A stretch of 50,344 bases of DNA from an uncultured Gammaproteobacteria bacterium (lineage in GTDB: Bacteria > Pseudomonadota > Gammaproteobacteria > GCA-001735895), in NCBI GenBank assembly GCA_937984095.1, contig CALJYH010000055.1:1-50344 (forward strand). The letters run 5' to 3'. This document shows, in pieces, positions 47,723 through 50,344 of this stretch (position 1 is its first letter; each line of letters opens with the position of its first letter). The position numbers and the translations under genes are program-made. The notes under the pieces are model-generated. The model made no database searches. It worked only from the letters and a program-made list of their open reading frames with translations, and was not told where the DNA came from.

Positions 47723-48520
47723 CTAGTTACGATGCGCGTCAAGCCACTCGGTAACTTGTCGCACCAGGGCGTCTTCATGGCCCTGGAAAAAATGATTCGC
47801 CCCATCGGCACGAACCTGCAGGTATTGACGACCCGATTGTTTTTTGCCTGACAGGGCTCGTTGTTCGACAGAATTGAGTACCGGCTCGAGATCCTCGCTG
47901 CCGTACAAATCCAGTACCGGAACCCGAACCTTTGCCAGTGCCTCGAGGAGATCGACGAAAGCGTTTCCCGCCCCCATGCCGATAATGACCAGCGAGTCTA
48001 CCGCATTGGCCTCGCTTTGCGACAGGTAATAAGTTGCCATCGAGGCACCCATGCTGTGAGCGACAATGGTGATATTTTTGTAGCCCTCGTCATCCAGGAA
48101 ATCGAGGGCAGACTCGAAACGCCCGGGCACCTCGGGAAACAGTAACCCGTATTCTCGTTCATCGGCATCGTTGGCCAGAATCGGCATCTGCAACGACAGC
48201 GTGGTAATGTCCTGTTCGAGCAAACCCGCACGCAAGGGGTAAATGACATCGGGCCAGTTCGGGTGCACTCCGATGCCGTGAACCAACACCACCGCACGAC
48301 CCGAGCTCTTGTCACCCTCGGTCAAGATGCTCAGAAACTCGTGTCCAATATCATCGATCAGCCATTGCTCGTCCCCATCCAGCAAACCGTCGATCACCTG
48401 CTCCGCCCAACGACTTTCCTTGGCAACGTCAGAATTAGTCGCACTGACTGGTGTTAATGTAGATACTGCCAGCAGGATAAATAATACAAGTCCGGGTTTA
48501 ATAAATGTCTTTAACATCAT
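47723..48520 (-). CDS. Secreted DUF3530-like alpha/beta hydrolase (paralogue of 32855..33637)
   Basis: KESRWA, HGIGVHPNW, TLSLQMP, AHSMG, VLDLYG, GANHFF. Confidence 0.8.
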   Translation of the reverse strand: MMLKTFIKPGLVLFILLAVSTLTPVSATNSDVAKESRWAEQVIDGLLDGDEQWLIDDIGHEFLSILTEGDKSSGRAVVLVHGIGVHPNWPDVIYPLRAGLLEQDITTLSLQMPILANDADEREYGLLFPEVPGRFESALDFLDDEGYKNITIVAHSMGASMATYYLSQSEANAVDSLVIIGMGAGNAFVDLLEALAKVRVPVLDLYGSEDLEPVLNSVEQRALSGKKQSGRQYLQVRADGANHFFQGHEDALVRQVTEWLDAHRN

Positions 48521-48711
48521 TGCGCTTCCTGTCTAAGATACTGATAAATATAAAATTATTTCTTTCAATCTAATGCATAATACCGTTAATCAATGCTTAA
48601 AACCCCTATCCAATTTAGATATCTCGTCAACAGCCAGTCTAACTGTTTGGGAGGCACTATAAAGCGTCAGTTTCGGGTAAAATTCTAATCACTCAGACAG
48701 CGAACAAGATA

Positions 48712-49293
48712 ATGGAAAAATCGATTTTCGAGGTAAAACCCGGCAGCTTCATATTCGAAAAAGCGAAATCTTTGCCGCTTGATGTATGTCGCGAAATGAT
48801 CGATCGATTTGAAAAGCACGGTGACGAACAATATCCGGGGCGTATCGGCCAAATCATGGATCACGATGACTCCATCAAGCGCTCCACCGACCTGGTATTG
48901 AGCGGTAAATCTCACTGGCAGGACCTCGATCGTGAACTTTTCAGGGCGCTTAACCATGCGCTCGCCGAGTTCAAGCAGTATTACCCATTTTTTGACGGCC
49001 CCTTCAAGGACATGGGATATGCGATACAGCGTACCAATCCGGGCGAGTTTTATCACTGGCATATCGACGGCGGCAGTCATGAATTTGCGATGCGACAACT
49101 GGTGGCAATCTGGTATCTCAACACACTGAACGACCAGGGCGGGGAAACCGAATTTCAATACCAGGATATCCAGATCACCCCTGAAGCCGGAAAGCTGGTG
49201 CTGTTCCCGCCCTTCTGGACGCACCTGCACCGCGGTAGCACCCTGGAATCCGGCAGCAAGTACATCGCAACCACCTGGATCGTGTTCGCATGA
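48712..49293 (+). CDS. 2OG-Fe(II) oxygenase
   Basis: WHID, WYLN, GGETEF, FPPFWTHLHRG, KYI. Confidence 0.9.
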   Translation: MEKSIFEVKPGSFIFEKAKSLPLDVCREMIDRFEKHGDEQYPGRIGQIMDHDDSIKRSTDLVLSGKSHWQDLDRELFRALNHALAEFKQYYPFFDGPFKDMGYAIQRTNPGEFYHWHIDGGSHEFAMRQLVAIWYLNTLNDQGGETEFQYQDIQITPEAGKLVLFPPFWTHLHRGSTLESGSKYIATTWIVFA

Positions 49294-49439
49294 GCCACTC
49301 GGGCGCTTACCGGTGAAAGCGGGTTAAATGTCAGGCTTCGACGGCCAACAGACTTGTCTACATTTTTTAGGCGCTGGCTAAGGTTGCCATAATTCCGGCG
49401 ATCGCCTGGCTGATTTATGGCCTGTTAATAGCCCTGTGA
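49290..49439 (+). pseudogene. Possible decayed small membrane protein gene
   Basis: ATGA-coupled 50-codon frame with two internal stops and a hydrophobic C-terminal helix. Confidence 0.3.
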
Positions 49440-49447
49440 TTTCGTCA

Positions 49448-49771
49448 CTAATGATCGAAAAATTCGTTACCCTGAATTTCACCTGCCGTGTTGATGCGAA
49501 TTCTCCGGGTGTCGGGTTTGCTGTTGAGAATATAGGCACACATCATCAGCGCAAACTCTTCATTGTTTTTTTGCATTGCCGTTAACAGCTTGTCGGCGAC
49601 AATCTGGCAGCGCTGATTCTGATCTGGGTCAGGTACCCACCAACGGCTCATTTGCCAGCCACAGTTCATATCCTGGTCCATTTTTGCAAAAAATTCGGCT
49701 GCCTCGAGGGCGAGCGCTTCTGGCACATCAAGGACATAACTCTTATCATCGAACTCAACGGTGATATTCAT
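49448..49771 (-). CDS. Conserved hypothetical protein
   Basis: 107 aa, FFAKMDQDM..GWQMSR, RCQIVADKLLTA. Confidence 0.72.
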   Translation of the reverse strand: MNITVEFDDKSYVLDVPEALALEAAEFFAKMDQDMNCGWQMSRWWVPDPDQNQRCQIVADKLLTAMQKNNEEFALMMCAYILNSKPDTRRIRINTAGEIQGNEFFDH

Positions 49772-49789
49772 AGGGTTTTCTCGAAGACA

Positions 49790-50344
49790 ATGTTAATAAA
49801 AATACCTGACCTGCTAAATCCTGTACAGCTCGAGGCAGTTTGTTCGGTACTGCGACAAGGTAAGTTTGTCGATGGCAAGCTTAGCGCTGGGAAAAACGCC
49901 AGCGTTAAAAAAATTAACCAGGAACTTGCGCCCGGGGAGGACAGCTTTGATGCATTGAATAACGTAGTCATGACCGAGTTGGTACAAAATCCCTTGTATC
50001 TGCGCGCTGCCATGCCGGCAAAAATAGCTGCCCCGATCTATGCACGTTATGAACCCGGCATGGAATACGGTGGCCATATCGATGATCCGATTATGGGACC
50101 ACCCGGTTCAAGATACCGTTCCGATATATCAATCACCATTTTCCTGAACGGGCCGGAGGAATACGAGGGCGGTGAACTCTGCATTGAAACTAGTGACGGC
50201 AATACTGATATCAAACTCCCTGCGGGACACGCCATACTCTATCCATCAAACAGCTATCACTCGGTAAAAAAAGTAACCGCGGGCGAGCGACTGGTGGCGA
50301 TAACCTGGGTGCAAAGTTACATTCGCCGTGCAGACCAACGCGAG
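49790..50344 (+). CDS. PKHD-type Fe(II)-dependent hydroxylase (PiuC/YbiX-like), truncated by window end
   Basis: Not in the ORF track; reads MLIKIPDLL..FVDGKLSAG..YGGHIDD..RSDISITIFL..YEGGEL..YPS..YHSV..GERL..ITWVQS. Confidence 0.9.
   Translation, partial: MLIKIPDLLNPVQLEAVCSVLRQGKFVDGKLSAGKNASVKKINQELAPGEDSFDALNNVVMTELVQNPLYLRAAMPAKIAAPIYARYEPGMEYGGHIDDPIMGPPGSRYRSDISITIFLNGPEEYEGGELCIETSDGNTDIKLPAGHAILYPSNSYHSVKKVTAGERLVAITWVQSYIRRADQRE

Overview
A 50-kb chromosomal segment, most likely from a marine sulfur-oxidising gammaproteobacterium (inferred from gene content). The left 30 kb encodes solute and osmolyte catabolism: an SSS-type symporter with its DUF4212 subunit, an ectoine/hydroxyectoine degradation operon (eutBCDE) led by an extra cyclodeaminase-family gene, tRNA-Pro(CGG) with a structured trailer, an LLM monooxygenase-hydrolase-DMT-cyclase-hpbD run, a LysR-centred desaturase/GcvT-like versus Rieske/SDR/SDR locus, and a cNMP-domain Ser/Thr kinase facing a cyclase-TPR gene. 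From about 32.8 to 48.5 kb is a sulfur-oxidation island bracketed by two DUF3530-like paralogues. It holds a SoxL-like rhodanese, thioredoxins, soxK, soxXYZA (no soxB or soxCD in the window), tusA-dsrE2, a FadL-type outer-membrane channel, a YeeE/YedE transporter and an Alvin_2107-family gene. Best candidates for undescribed biology: (1) an apparent envelope-spanning sulfur import line (tusA-dsrE2-fadL-periplasmic protein-yeeE-Alvin_2107); (2) a secreted ~25% Met tandem-repeat protein with a CxxCH motif, paired with a DUF302 protein between soxK and soxX; (3) CsrA-site hairpin repeats behind tRNA-Pro; (4) an orphan terminator-bearing sRNA candidate. All family assignments come from motif recognition and recall of known sequences; no database searches were run.
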